From: a virus
Lineage: Duplodnaviria; Caudoviricetes
IMG/VR virus record: IMGVR_UViG_3300029319_000140
Location: 1-40,077 of that record
Reading direction: 5' to 3' (one strand)
Length of the DNA: 40,077 nt
Every line of letters begins with the position of its first letter. The first letter of the stretch is position 1. Shown piece by piece: positions 18,823 to 26,701 of this stretch. The notes under the pieces were generated by a model. That model searched no databases. It was not told where the DNA came from and saw nothing but the letters and a program-made list of their open reading frames with translations. Position numbers and translations under genes: made by a program.

Positions 18823-19179
18823 CTATTTTTCATAGCGTACTAATTTCTCATCTATCATACTTGCTACTAAATGATATGTAGCAAAGTCTCTACCTTTACC
18901 GCCAGTGGTTTCAATTACATATCCCTGTTCTTTCAAAGTAAATATGATACCTGATAATCTTGTAGCTTTGTACAACTGAATAGCCTCCCAAGAAGTTATC
19001 TTGCCGTGTTCTTTTAAATGATTAAGAACATACAATGTCTTGCTTGGTTTACCATTAGTTGATAGTATCCTAGCTCTACCTGTTTGTATAGTCTTAACGT
19101 TGGTATGTCTTTTTCTACCAGTCGCATATGTCTTTGTGCTGACTGCTTTCTTTCTACCATCTGCTAATGTTTTACCCAT
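18823..19179 (-). CDS. Winged helix-turn-helix DNA-binding protein (HTH_39-like)
   Basis: VLNHLKEHGKITSWEAIQLYKATRLSGIIFTLKEQGYVIET...ATYHL. Confidence 0.75.
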   Translation of the reverse strand: MGKTLADGRKKAVSTKTYATGRKRHTNVKTIQTGRARILSTNGKPSKTLYVLNHLKEHGKITSWEAIQLYKATRLSGIIFTLKEQGYVIETTGGKGRDFATYHLVASMIDEKLVRYEK

Positions 19180-19528
19180 CTTCTCTCACCCCCTCTAACA
19201 ATTTATTAAGTCTGTTTTGCATATCAGTTAAACTAACTGGGTTGCTGTGTTCATTGAGAAGTCTTTCTCTTTCTTCAAAAGACAAGCCTCCCTTTTGAAT
19301 GCTACGCAATCTTGCAGGTTTAACTTTTGTGTCATTGCAAAAATTACAACACCTTCCAACTGATAGTGGCTCTGCATTATGTCCATCTGTCCATATTGCT
19401 ACACCATTTCTATACAGCACATCAAGTGCATCTTTACAAAGAACACAGAATTGTTTTGCTTTACCAACAACTTTCTCGTTCCACTCTCCGTATCCTGTAC
19501 GGCTATAAAATTTTATTTTATCACTCAT
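19172..19528 (-). CDS. Zn-finger phage protein
   Basis: CVLC...GHNAEPLSVGRCCNFCN. Confidence 0.65.
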   Translation of the reverse strand: MSDKIKFYSRTGYGEWNEKVVGKAKQFCVLCKDALDVLYRNGVAIWTDGHNAEPLSVGRCCNFCNDTKVKPARLRSIQKGGLSFEERERLLNEHSNPVSLTDMQNRLNKLLEGVREDG

Positions 19529-20289
19529 CTTTTACTCCATTTGCTTTGACCCTTCAATCCACCTCCGCAGTGGTTGTAGTAGCCACAATATTTAACATTA
19601 CACTCCCACTCATAAACTGGTGCAGTGCCTAATGATACCTCTGGTATCCCAATTTTAAATCGTTCATTCACATCTTTCCAATACTCGTAAGCCTTGATAA
19701 TAAAGGACTTAGGGACATTGACTTCTCTCATCAGAGAGTTGTCTTTGTTATAGTATAGCAATGCTAACTTCTGTAATTCAACATCATACTTTTGTTGATA
19801 CCAGTATGCATATGTGCCGAGCTGCAACGCATAGTTCTCCGCAGGTTCAGGGTCTGGTGTTCTACCAAACAAGTTCTTCCACTTGAAACTATTGCAAGTC
19901 TTCACATCATACATAGCATCATCATCTACTATACATATATCAAAGAACCCTCTGACATTGATGTCCTGTATTCGTATCTCTTCTTCAATCAAGACATCTA
20001 CCTTCTCTTTCTCGGCGTGTAGTTGCAATGCATCTTGTATGTCATTGTGAACCAAGTCCCCTAGCCTAAACAATCTTAATGTGTTGTCATCTATTGGTGT
20101 TGCATCTACTTGCTCTACACTATTGTAGTATATCTTACGCATACACATCCCACTGGATGATGCGTGAAACCAACTCTCTCTGTCTTCATATCTGTTGATA
20201 CGATTTTCTTCGTTGAGTTTCTTCAAGTATCCTGCGTATATGTCTTTAATATCAAGCATTGCCTTCGCCCAACATAAACACCTTATCAC
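19525..20289 (-). CDS. Cas4-like PD-(D/E)xK exonuclease
   Basis: HASSSGMCMRK, GDLVH, GFFD, YDVKT, QLGTY, and C-terminal CNVKYCGYYNHC (1+3 Cys cluster pattern). True start is probably the second Met (MLDIK). Confidence 0.85.
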   Translation of the reverse strand: MIRCLCWAKAMLDIKDIYAGYLKKLNEENRINRYEDRESWFHASSSGMCMRKIYYNSVEQVDATPIDDNTLRLFRLGDLVHNDIQDALQLHAEKEKVDVLIEEEIRIQDINVRGFFDICIVDDDAMYDVKTCNSFKWKNLFGRTPDPEPAENYALQLGTYAYWYQQKYDVELQKLALLYYNKDNSLMREVNVPKSFIIKAYEYWKDVNERFKIGIPEVSLGTAPVYEWECNVKYCGYYNHCGGGLKGQSKWSKR

Positions 20290-20590
20290 TATCTATAAAA
20301 TCTAACTTATGCATTCTACATACTTTCTTGACTGCTTCTTTTAGCATTGAAGTAAATCTACTTGCCTTTGAATTTTGTGGTGTGTGGTTCATCATAATCA
20401 CTTCAAACTCCATTAAGTTTACTACTTCTCTGCATAATTCGTTAGCATTTTTTTTATCCATATCTTCAAATCCTTTAATGTATGCACCTATATCCTGCTT
20501 AGCAAGTGGCACAATCACGGCATACTGATTTAGTTCTTCTAAGTCTGCTCTGTATTTAGCCTCTATGCTTTCTACATTATACTCCCTCAT
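20252..20590 (-). CDS. Hypothetical protein (start probably MREYNV)
   Basis: Coupled to the upstream hand-called ORF. Confidence 0.6.
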   Translation of the reverse strand: MREYNVESIEAKYRADLEELNQYAVIVPLAKQDIGAYIKGFEDMDKKNANELCREVVNLMEFEVIMMNHTPQNSKASRFTSMLKEAVKKVCRMHKLDFIDSDKVFMLGEGNA

Positions 20591-20753
20591 ATTCTTTTGG
20601 TTCCTTTCTTTTTGTTTCTTTGAGTTCATCTCTGTTCTTCTTTGCTATTTCTTCAAGATGTCCTAATGTTAGTCTATGTTTTAAAACTAACTGCTCTATC
20701 TTGTATAGTTCTTTGAAGGCTTTACTTACTGCTTCATCTAATCTATCACTCAT
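20577..20753 (-). CDS. Hypothetical 58-aa protein (MSDRLDEAVSK...)
   Basis: Read by hand; ACAAAGGAG RBS. Confidence 0.6.
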   Translation of the reverse strand: MSDRLDEAVSKAFKELYKIEQLVLKHRLTLGHLEEIAKKNRDELKETKRKEPKEYEGV

Positions 20754-20880
20754 CTTCTTTCTCCTTTGTTGTTTCTATGATTGCCAGATAACATCCAAAA
20801 CAATAGGGTTGATTATCTATTTGATAAACATCCCATATCATTATCGTCTTCCAACAATCATAACATTTACATATTTTCAT
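20746..20880 (-). CDS. 44-aa Zn-finger peptide (MKICKCYDC...CFGC)
   Basis: Read by hand; two CxxC pairs; overlaps both neighbours. Confidence 0.55.
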   Translation of the reverse strand: MKICKCYDCWKTIMIWDVYQIDNQPYCFGCYLAIIETTKEKEDE

Positions 20881-21211
20881 AGACTTCTTCTGCCATATCA
20901 CAAGTCATATTGTCCATAGCATAGTCTCTCATCTTATCATTCCAACCATCTAACTCTGCCTGTTCATTGGCTTCAAGTTGTTTGATTGCTTGTTCAAACT
21001 CATTACGAATACTATCTGTATCGTAGTGTCTGATACCTGTCTCATCATCTATTGAATAATAGATTGGTATTGTTATCACTTCTTGTTCATTCATTACTTC
21101 CTCCTTAGAAACTCTTTTTGCATATTCTAAATCAGTTTCTACATAAGGTTTTATATTCATTACTTCCTCCACTTCTTGTCTTTGTCTATCTATCTCTTTG
21201 AACTTTCCCAT
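20867..21211 (-). CDS. Hypothetical acidic protein
   Basis: AGGAG RBS; EEVMN occurs twice. Confidence 0.6.
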   Translation of the reverse strand: MGKFKEIDRQRQEVEEVMNIKPYVETDLEYAKRVSKEEVMNEQEVITIPIYYSIDDETGIRHYDTDSIRNEFEQAIKQLEANEQAELDGWNDKMRDYAMDNMTCDMAEEVYENM

Positions 21212-21387
21212 TGCTCATCTACTCCTTCTAATAGTCTTGCTTTACTTTTATTAGGTTCTTTCAATAGACTATTAATTTCTTGAAAGACCTTCTCTGTTAG
21301 TTGTTCTGATAACATAACTTCATACTGCTGTCCATTGTTATCATACCATTCTATAAATACTCCCCAATCAAAATTAGGTTGCTTCAT
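21190..21387 (-). CDS. Hypothetical protein
   Basis: AAGGAGG RBS. Confidence 0.6.
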   Translation of the reverse strand: MKQPNFDWGVFIEWYDNNGQQYEVMLSEQLTEKVFQEINSLLKEPNKSKARLLEGVDEQWESSKR

Positions 21388-21700
21388 TTACTTCCTCCTT
21401 ATTTAGGTCATCAAAGTTTGCTCCATCATAACACTTGGAACAAATCCCTGTTTTATCTTCTTCTATAAAACTATTGCCAAAGGGCGGAGCAGTACAACAA
21501 AGGCTCTGCCAATCCCTGTCTTCACATACATCACACTCGTTGATAGTGATAGTAGGGCTATCTCCTTTGACATTGTTTCCGCAATAACTACACTCAATCT
21601 GTGGCTCATACAATTCATACATATCTGTATGTTGTTGTTGCACATATTTAAGATAGCCCAATGCTTCTCTTCCATTGTCATTCATTCTCATAACCTGCAT
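21374..21700 (-). CDS. Cys-rich Zn-binding hypothetical protein
   Basis: CSYC, CDVC, SLCCTA, GICSKC. Confidence 0.6.
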   Translation of the reverse strand: MQVMRMNDNGREALGYLKYVQQQHTDMYELYEPQIECSYCGNNVKGDSPTITINECDVCEDRDWQSLCCTAPPFGNSFIEEDKTGICSKCYDGANFDDLNKEEVNEAT

Positions 21701-22052
21701 TCATCTCATTCAATCTGTTCTGTATAGTCATTCTTATCCACTTGTCAAAGCCATAAGCATAACTATTGTGTGAACCTATGTTGAACTGCACTTCCTCATC
21801 TAACTTCCAGAAGTCCACTGGTTTAATACCATCTACATCATACAGGGTAGTGTATTTCCAATCATATAAAGTGATTGGTGTGCCTGTCTCTGTGTGTTCA
21901 AAGATATACTCACCTGACACTTTATAACTATCGCAGATGTGTGGCTTACCAAACACCATCAATAGTTCCACAGGCTTCAACATAACCTCACTGAACCTGC
22001 TTGTCCCACCTGTCTCTACATTAGGGTTTATTCTGTATTCATTTACTTTCAT
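21678..22052 (-). CDS. Hypothetical phage protein
   Basis: VFGKP...TLYDWK...FNIG pattern; AACAAAGGAG RBS. Confidence 0.7.
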   Translation of the reverse strand: MKVNEYRINPNVETGGTSRFSEVMLKPVELLMVFGKPHICDSYKVSGEYIFEHTETGTPITLYDWKYTTLYDVDGIKPVDFWKLDEEVQFNIGSHNSYAYGFDKWIRMTIQNRLNEMNAGYENE

Positions 22053-22288
22053 TGTTTATCTCCTTTGTTAAATTTTAATGTTTCAATAAATTCATAGTGT
22101 AAACCTTGAATTTCTATTCTATATTCTACATCTGTATCAGAAGTATCTGGAAAGTCCACTCCCTCTACCTCTATGTGTTTAGGGTAATCACTTCCATTAT
22201 GTATATCTATACATAGTTTATTATTCAAACCTTCACCTATCAATATGTAGACTTGATTGTCTTCATTTACTTTTTGTTTAACTTTCAT
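22049..22288 (-). CDS. Hypothetical protein
   Basis: GGAGGAG RBS; ATGA overlaps. Confidence 0.65.
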   Translation of the reverse strand: MKVKQKVNEDNQVYILIGEGLNNKLCIDIHNGSDYPKHIEVEGVDFPDTSDTDVEYRIEIQGLHYEFIETLKFNKGDKQ

Positions 22289-22545
22289 TTGTTCTCCTCC
22301 AATTTCTGAATAGACTTTGGTACGATTTCATTATCTATTTGAAAGTCTACCACACATATCCTAGCAGTTTCATAAACGCTATCTGCAAATCCATCTTGCT
22401 TGTCTTCCAGAAACTTATTCCATTGCTCATCTGTAAAGTCCTCTGCAATATGTTCTTTCTCATAATACTGCCATAAGACATTTGCTTTTTCAAGCAGTCT
22501 CCATAGAGTGTCATACTCTTTATCTGTTAGTCCATTACTTTTCAT
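22285..22545 (-). CDS. Hypothetical acidic protein
   Basis: AAGGA RBS; ATGA overlaps. Confidence 0.65.
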   Translation of the reverse strand: MKSNGLTDKEYDTLWRLLEKANVLWQYYEKEHIAEDFTDEQWNKFLEDKQDGFADSVYETARICVVDFQIDNEIVPKSIQKLEENK

Positions 22546-22655
22546 TTTTCTTCCTTTATTCCAATTAGTTTTAGTAGTGTTGTCATTATGATATACAATA
22601 TCCCAATGAACATCATCACATAACTAATTATGTATGTTATTATTTTACTAATCAT
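22542..22655 (-). CDS. 37-aa hydrophobic membrane peptide (MISKIITYIISYVMMFIGILYII...)
   Basis: Read by hand; AAGGAG RBS; ATGA overlap with the next gene. Confidence 0.5.
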   Translation of the reverse strand: MISKIITYIISYVMMFIGILYIIMTTLLKLIGIKEEK

Positions 22656-22682
22656 TATACTCCTTTTGCTAAATAAAGTTCC
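22656..22682 (-). promoter_or_regulatory. ECF-type promoter GGAAC-N16-AGTATA
   Basis: Motif copy; the -10 element overlaps an RBS. Confidence 0.5.
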
Positions 22683-22692
22683 CACTTTTTTT

Positions 22693-23022
22693 CTATCTCC
22701 AATTTCTATCTACTTTATCTTCAAAGTATCTGTTCTGATACCATATGTGGTTCATTAATATCTGAACACAGGTACCAATATCATCGCCATTTCTAATGGT
22801 ACAGACGATAGTATAGACATAGTTCATTCGTATTCTATACACACAATCTCCCATTCCAAACAACTCTACATTGTAGTCTGCTACATTTTCAATCTCCTCT
22901 TTTTCTTGTAGTTGATTATGTAGTTCTACATTTACCAAATTAGCAATGGCTTTTGTTCTATCTCTCGGCTCCTTGAACCTGTATTTTGTTTTAATGTTTT
23001 CAAACTCTTTACTTATATTCAT
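22693..23022 (-). CDS. Hypothetical protein
   Basis: AACAAAGGAGAACAAATG start. Confidence 0.7.
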   Translation of the reverse strand: MNISKEFENIKTKYRFKEPRDRTKAIANLVNVELHNQLQEKEEIENVADYNVELFGMGDCVYRIRMNYVYTIVCTIRNGDDIGTCVQILMNHIWYQNRYFEDKVDRNWR

Positions 23023-23204
23023 TTGTTCTCCTTTGTTGGTTTAAATCCAAAGTCTACGCAACCCTCATCATTTATTCCATTAGAACAAATAACTTCTGGA
23101 TTGCCCAAATCTAAATCTGGTGTGTGATTATGTATAATATAAAAACTCACAGGATTTTCATCTGGTATATCTTTTAATATATCTTTTAACTCTTTTGCTT
23201 TCAT
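23019..23204 (-). CDS. Hypothetical protein
   Basis: MKAKELKDILKDIPDE N-terminus resembles common small phage proteins; GAGGAGG RBS. Confidence 0.65.
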   Translation of the reverse strand: MKAKELKDILKDIPDENPVSFYIIHNHTPDLDLGNPEVICSNGINDEGCVDFGFKPTKENK

Positions 23205-23440
23205 TCGTCCTCCTCATTTTCAAATACATCTCTGTATTTTTTACATATACATTTGTACTCTCTTAACCAACCATTAACTATATCTATTTCCTCTTTGATT
23301 TCTTTGTACATAGTTTCATCATCAAGGTTGCCATCATTATCAATGAGACATAGGTTTGGGTTAGTTATCCAATACATCTCTCCAATATGTTGTAATTTCT
23401 CTTCAAGATATTTTTCTAATGGTATGTGTGGTTTGTTCAT
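23201..23440 (-). CDS. Hypothetical acidic protein
   Basis: Coupled ORF; GAGG RBS. Confidence 0.65.
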   Translation of the reverse strand: MNKPHIPLEKYLEEKLQHIGEMYWITNPNLCLIDNDGNLDDETMYKEIKEEIDIVNGWLREYKCICKKYRDVFENEEDE

Positions 23441-23742
23441 TAGTCCTCTTTTCGTTTGTATTTAATATCTACTATCCAATAGTCCTCTCCATCATCATAA
23501 CTCTCCAAGTTATCTCCAAGTTCCTCAACTATTCTGTCATAGTTTTCTTGAATATAGAAATAACTTTCTTTGTCTTGTAAAGGGCTATCCATAAACTCTA
23601 ACTCTTCCAAAACACTTCTGACTTCTGTTATCATATTGTATTCTCCACCAAGTCTAATGTGTTCATAATCACAAAACTTATTATACACATTTTCTACTTC
23701 GTGTTCTTGTTGTAGTTCGTACATTTCTTTGTATGTTTTCAT
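23440..23742 (-). CDS. Hypothetical highly acidic protein
   Basis: AACAAAGGAGAACAAATG start; D/E/Y-rich. Confidence 0.7.
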   Translation of the reverse strand: MKTYKEMYELQQEHEVENVYNKFCDYEHIRLGGEYNMITEVRSVLEELEFMDSPLQDKESYFYIQENYDRIVEELGDNLESYDDGEDYWIVDIKYKRKED

Positions 23743-23756
23743 TTGTTCTCCTTTGT

Positions 23757-24017
23757 TTATTCGTCTTCGTGTATCATAAATCCATACATCTCTGCAATCT
23801 CACACGCCATCTCAATTACTCTATCTATTGCTCTTTCTTCTTCTTCTCCTTGATATTCTTTGGTGTCTTCTACATCTCCGCACTCATCTAATATTGTTAA
23901 ACAATCTTCTAACATTGGTGCGGTGTTTCTAAACATACAATACGCATAAGACTTTGTTTGGTTTAGTCCTCTGTTTTGTATGCCATTTGAAATCATCTGT
24001 CTTCTATCTTCGTTCAT
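23757..24017 (-). CDS. Hypothetical acidic protein (start reassigned to MNEDRRQ)
   Basis: AACAAAGGAGAACAAATG start downstream of the promoter at 24040-24066. Confidence 0.7.
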   Translation of the reverse strand: MNEDRRQMISNGIQNRGLNQTKSYAYCMFRNTAPMLEDCLTILDECGDVEDTKEYQGEEEERAIDRVIEMACEIAEMYGFMIHEDE

Positions 24018-24039
24018 TTGTTCTCCTTTGTTTACTATA

Positions 24040-24066
24040 TATACGAACCTAATCAATAAAGGTTCC
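24040..24066 (-). promoter_or_regulatory. ECF-type promoter GGAAC-N16-CGTATA
   Basis: Motif copy. Confidence 0.7.
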
Positions 24067-24333
24067 GAATTATTTTACAGGCTTTGTTTATCCTTTACTG
24101 CGTAGGTGTGGAATAAATTTAATGCTTTTCCACCTTTGTTTCTACAACCTGTAATTACGCAGGGGGTTTCTGAATATAATAGTTATGCACTATCTCATTT
24201 GATATTCTCATTGTGCTATTGCCATATTCTCACATAACTTTTGCAGTGTATCCTTCATTTTCTCAAACGCTATAATACTCTAACTAACACTCTCTCGCAA
24301 AGAGTGGCGACAATATCCACCACCCCCAAGTCT

Positions 24334-24660
24334 TTAATAGTTTCTTACTATGTATCTATAACACCACTCATCATTCATTCTGTCGGTGTAGTGCTTGAAC
24401 TCTACTACTTCTGTTTTATCCATAATATCGTCAAGGCTTTTCTCGTCATAGTAATCTAATAATTCTTTTCTACTATCCCATTCGGTATAGTCGCAACAAA
24501 AACCAATCCAATCCATTTCTAATTCTTCTCCTATGTCTTCTTCTAAATCCACTAAATATTTATATAGTGCTTTCTTTCCATAGTAGGAAAAGTTGTCTTT
24601 GTGTTGTGTGTATTGCTCACTTATATTTATAAAATCGTGTTCACTCACATTCATTTTCAT
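24334..24660 (-). CDS. Acidic hypothetical phage protein
   Basis: FSYYGKKALYKYL...CCDYTEW; AACAAAGGAG RBS. Confidence 0.7.
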   Translation of the reverse strand: MKMNVSEHDFINISEQYTQHKDNFSYYGKKALYKYLVDLEEDIGEELEMDWIGFCCDYTEWDSRKELLDYYDEKSLDDIMDKTEVVEFKHYTDRMNDEWCYRYIVRNY

Positions 24661-24684
24661 ATATTCTCCTTTGTTTATATTACT

Positions 24685-24711
24685 CTAATGTTTTTAATCT
24701 ATAAAGGTTCC
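24685..24711 (-). promoter_or_regulatory. ECF-type promoter GGAAC-N16-CATTAG
   Basis: Motif copy. Confidence 0.6.
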
Positions 24712-24716
24712 CAACT

Positions 24717-24926
24717 TTATTTAATTTTCTTTAAATAATATTCTATTGTATCTAACATCATTTCTGCTTGATGACTTTCAGTTTCAAGAATAGTATATTC
24801 CTCTCGTTCTGCGTCGTAATACCTGCCATCATAATTTTTAAACTCTCTATCCATTATTCTTTCGTTGCATCTAATTGTAGTTTCACAACTCTTTTTAATG
24901 GACATAACAATGTCTTTATATTCCAT
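24717..24926 (-). CDS. Hypothetical protein
   Basis: AACAAAGGAGAATAAATG start. Confidence 0.7.
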   Translation of the reverse strand: MEYKDIVMSIKKSCETTIRCNERIMDREFKNYDGRYYDAEREEYTILETESHQAEMMLDTIEYYLKKIK

Positions 24927-25093
24927 TTATTCTCCTTTGTTTTTCAAAGGGCTTAGGTAGTGCCTATTTTTTTATAAGGTATTCTTCCTTGCTTACTACT
25001 GCCATTAAAAGCCCTTTGTTTATTGTGCTATAAAACTTTTTTTTGTTGTAAGAAACTACACAATATTTAGTTTTTTGTCGTTTATCTATTAGT

Positions 25094-25120
25094 TATATGC
25101 AATAACCTAATTAAAGTTCC
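25094..25120 (-). promoter_or_regulatory. ECF-type promoter GGAAC-N16-CATATA
   Basis: Motif copy. Confidence 0.65.
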
Positions 25121-25128
25121 AGACTTTT

Positions 25129-25359
25129 TTATTTATATATTGGTTTATATTCCCAATATATATTTACTGCCTCGTCAATCGCTTGTAATATTGCTTGTTC
25201 ATCTGAACAATTATAATACTTGCCACTTTCAAGAGGGAATTTTTGCCCCCTCAATCTTACAAATTTTCCATTGTCATTAGATAAATATTTTGCCCTCTCT
25301 ACTTTTATTTGTTTGGCTTTACTTATACCTAATAACAAAAGTTTATTTTTTAAAGTCAT
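25129..25359 (-). CDS. Hypothetical protein
   Basis: AACAAAGGA RBS; downstream of a promoter motif. Confidence 0.65.
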   Translation of the reverse strand: MTLKNKLLLLGISKAKQIKVERAKYLSNDNGKFVRLRGQKFPLESGKYYNCSDEQAILQAIDEAVNIYWEYKPIYK

Positions 25360-25390
25360 ATCAAAATCCTTTGTTAAATTGTATACTTCT

Positions 25391-25496
25391 TTAATGCTTA
25401 GTAATTAATAAAGTTCCCAACTTTTTTATTTTTTTTTTGGCTCTTTTTATTATTGCCTTGCATACTATCCCAACGCTATATAATAAAATAAGTTCC
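25391..25496 (-). promoter_or_regulatory. Two tandem ECF-type promoters (25391-25417 GGAAC-N16-CATTAA; 25470-25496 GGAAC-N16-CGTTGG)
   Basis: Motif copies at the head of the leftward unit. Confidence 0.6.
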
Positions 25497-25653
25497 CAAC
25501 TATTTTTAAAATAATTTATTTCTATGACGACAAAATTATTAAATGGTATCTACAAGACAATAAAAGAGATTTTGAGATATAACTATTAATAAAGCGTAGA
25601 TGTAGCCTTTAAGGGCTATTTTAAAGCGTTTAAAGGCTATACTAAAAAACATT

Positions 25654-25760
25654 GGAACCTAATTTTTTTTTATGCGTATAAGCAAACTTTCATAATGTTA
25701 ATAAGTTGTGGAAAACTTTTTTTTAAAAACTTGGGAACTTTTTTTAATTAGATATATATA
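25654..25760 (+). promoter_or_regulatory. Two tandem ECF-type promoters (25654-25680 GGAAC-N16-CGTATA; 25734-25760 GGAAC-N16-TATATA) with a DnaA-box match TGTGGAAAA at 25707
   Basis: Motif copies at the head of the rightward unit. Confidence 0.65.
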
Positions 25761-25796
25761 ATGGTTGTAATAAAAACAAAATAAGGAATAAAAAAA

Positions 25797-26009
25797 ATGC
25801 AATTAATAAAACAATATGAAAAAAATTCAAAAGCAATAAACAGAAAAAAAATGCTAATATTATTAAAAGATTATCAAGAGGCTTTTAATAGTGTAAATAC
25901 TATACAAAAATTATTACTATTAAATAAATCATTTGAACAAGAATTAAATGAAATATTACCTAAGGGCTTTAAAGTCAAAGATTTGACAACATTAATACAA
26001 GTATTTTAA
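25797..26009 (+). CDS. Hypothetical protein (very AT-rich)
   Basis: TAAGGA RBS; follows a promoter motif. Confidence 0.6.
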   Translation: MQLIKQYEKNSKAINRKKMLILLKDYQEAFNSVNTIQKLLLLNKSFEQELNEILPKGFKVKDLTTLIQVF

Positions 26010-26016
26010 AAACTTG

Positions 26017-26043
26017 GGAACCAAAACAAGTTATAATAGTATA
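26017..26043 (+). promoter_or_regulatory. ECF-type promoter GGAAC-N16-AGTATA
   Basis: Motif copy. Confidence 0.65.
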
Positions 26044-26079
26044 TAGGGTATAACATTAATAATTTAAGGAAGAAAAAAA

Positions 26080-26283
26080 ATGACTAAAAAACATTATATA
26101 AAATTAGCCGAAATAATTAATAATAATTCTAGATATGGTAATATCAGAGATGAGATTAAAAGAGTAATTGACTTAGATAATTTTTATCAAGATTTAGTAT
26201 TATTTTTAAAAGAAGATAATCCTAATTTTGATGATAATAAATTCTGGGATGCGTTAAATAAAGACGCAATAGTATCAGAATAA
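26080..26283 (+). CDS. Small hypothetical phage protein
   Basis: MTKKHYIKLAEII...DNPNFDDNKF pattern; TAAGGA RBS. Confidence 0.7.
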   Translation: MTKKHYIKLAEIINNNSRYGNIRDEIKRVIDLDNFYQDLVLFLKEDNPNFDDNKFWDALNKDAIVSE

Positions 26284-26291
26284 AAAAAGTT

Positions 26292-26318
26292 GGAACCAAA
26301 ATAATATATAATAGTATA
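26292..26318 (+). promoter_or_regulatory. ECF-type promoter GGAAC-N16-AGTATA
   Basis: Motif copy. Confidence 0.65.
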
Positions 26319-26352
26319 TAAAGTAAGATTAATAAAATAAGGAATACAAATA

Positions 26353-26595
26353 ATGGAAAATTTAAAAAGCAAAATATTAAGTTTAGATGTATCATCAAGA
26401 ATTAAATCTATGTTATTAAACAGAGTTAATAAGATTAAAGGCTGTAAGGTTTTAATTAATGGTGATAGCATAGAAATAGTTCCAAAGTATTACAAAGAAC
26501 TACACAAGAAAAAACAAATATATTCTTTTAATTGTGTTAATATGCGTTGGCTGGAACTTGATAATAAATACAGCGAAAATATTATAATTTGTTAA
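26353..26595 (+). CDS. Hypothetical protein
   Basis: TAAGGA RBS. Confidence 0.6.
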   Translation: MENLKSKILSLDVSSRIKSMLLNRVNKIKGCKVLINGDSIEIVPKYYKELHKKKQIYSFNCVNMRWLELDNKYSENIIIC

Positions 26596-26600
26596 GAACT

Positions 26601-26666
26601 TGTGGATAAGTTGGGGGTTAAAAAAAACCTAAATAAATGGGAACTTTTACCCCCCTTATACATATA
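26601..26666 (+). promoter_or_regulatory. DnaA box (TGTGGATAA, 26601-26609) and ECF-type promoter GGAAC-N16-CATATA (26640-26666)
   Basis: Exact reverse complement of TTATCCACA; promoter motif copy. Confidence 0.6.
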
Positions 26667-26701
26667 TATAATGTAAGATTAATTAAATAGGAAATAATAT
26701 A

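Noticed and set aside
19525-20289. CRISPR-Cas adaptation module
   Set aside because: No cas1, cas2 or array seen; the context is recombination.
16817-25408. Plus-strand ORFs within the minus-strand operon
   Set aside because: Shadow ORFs; the minus strand has the RBSs, overlaps and promoters.
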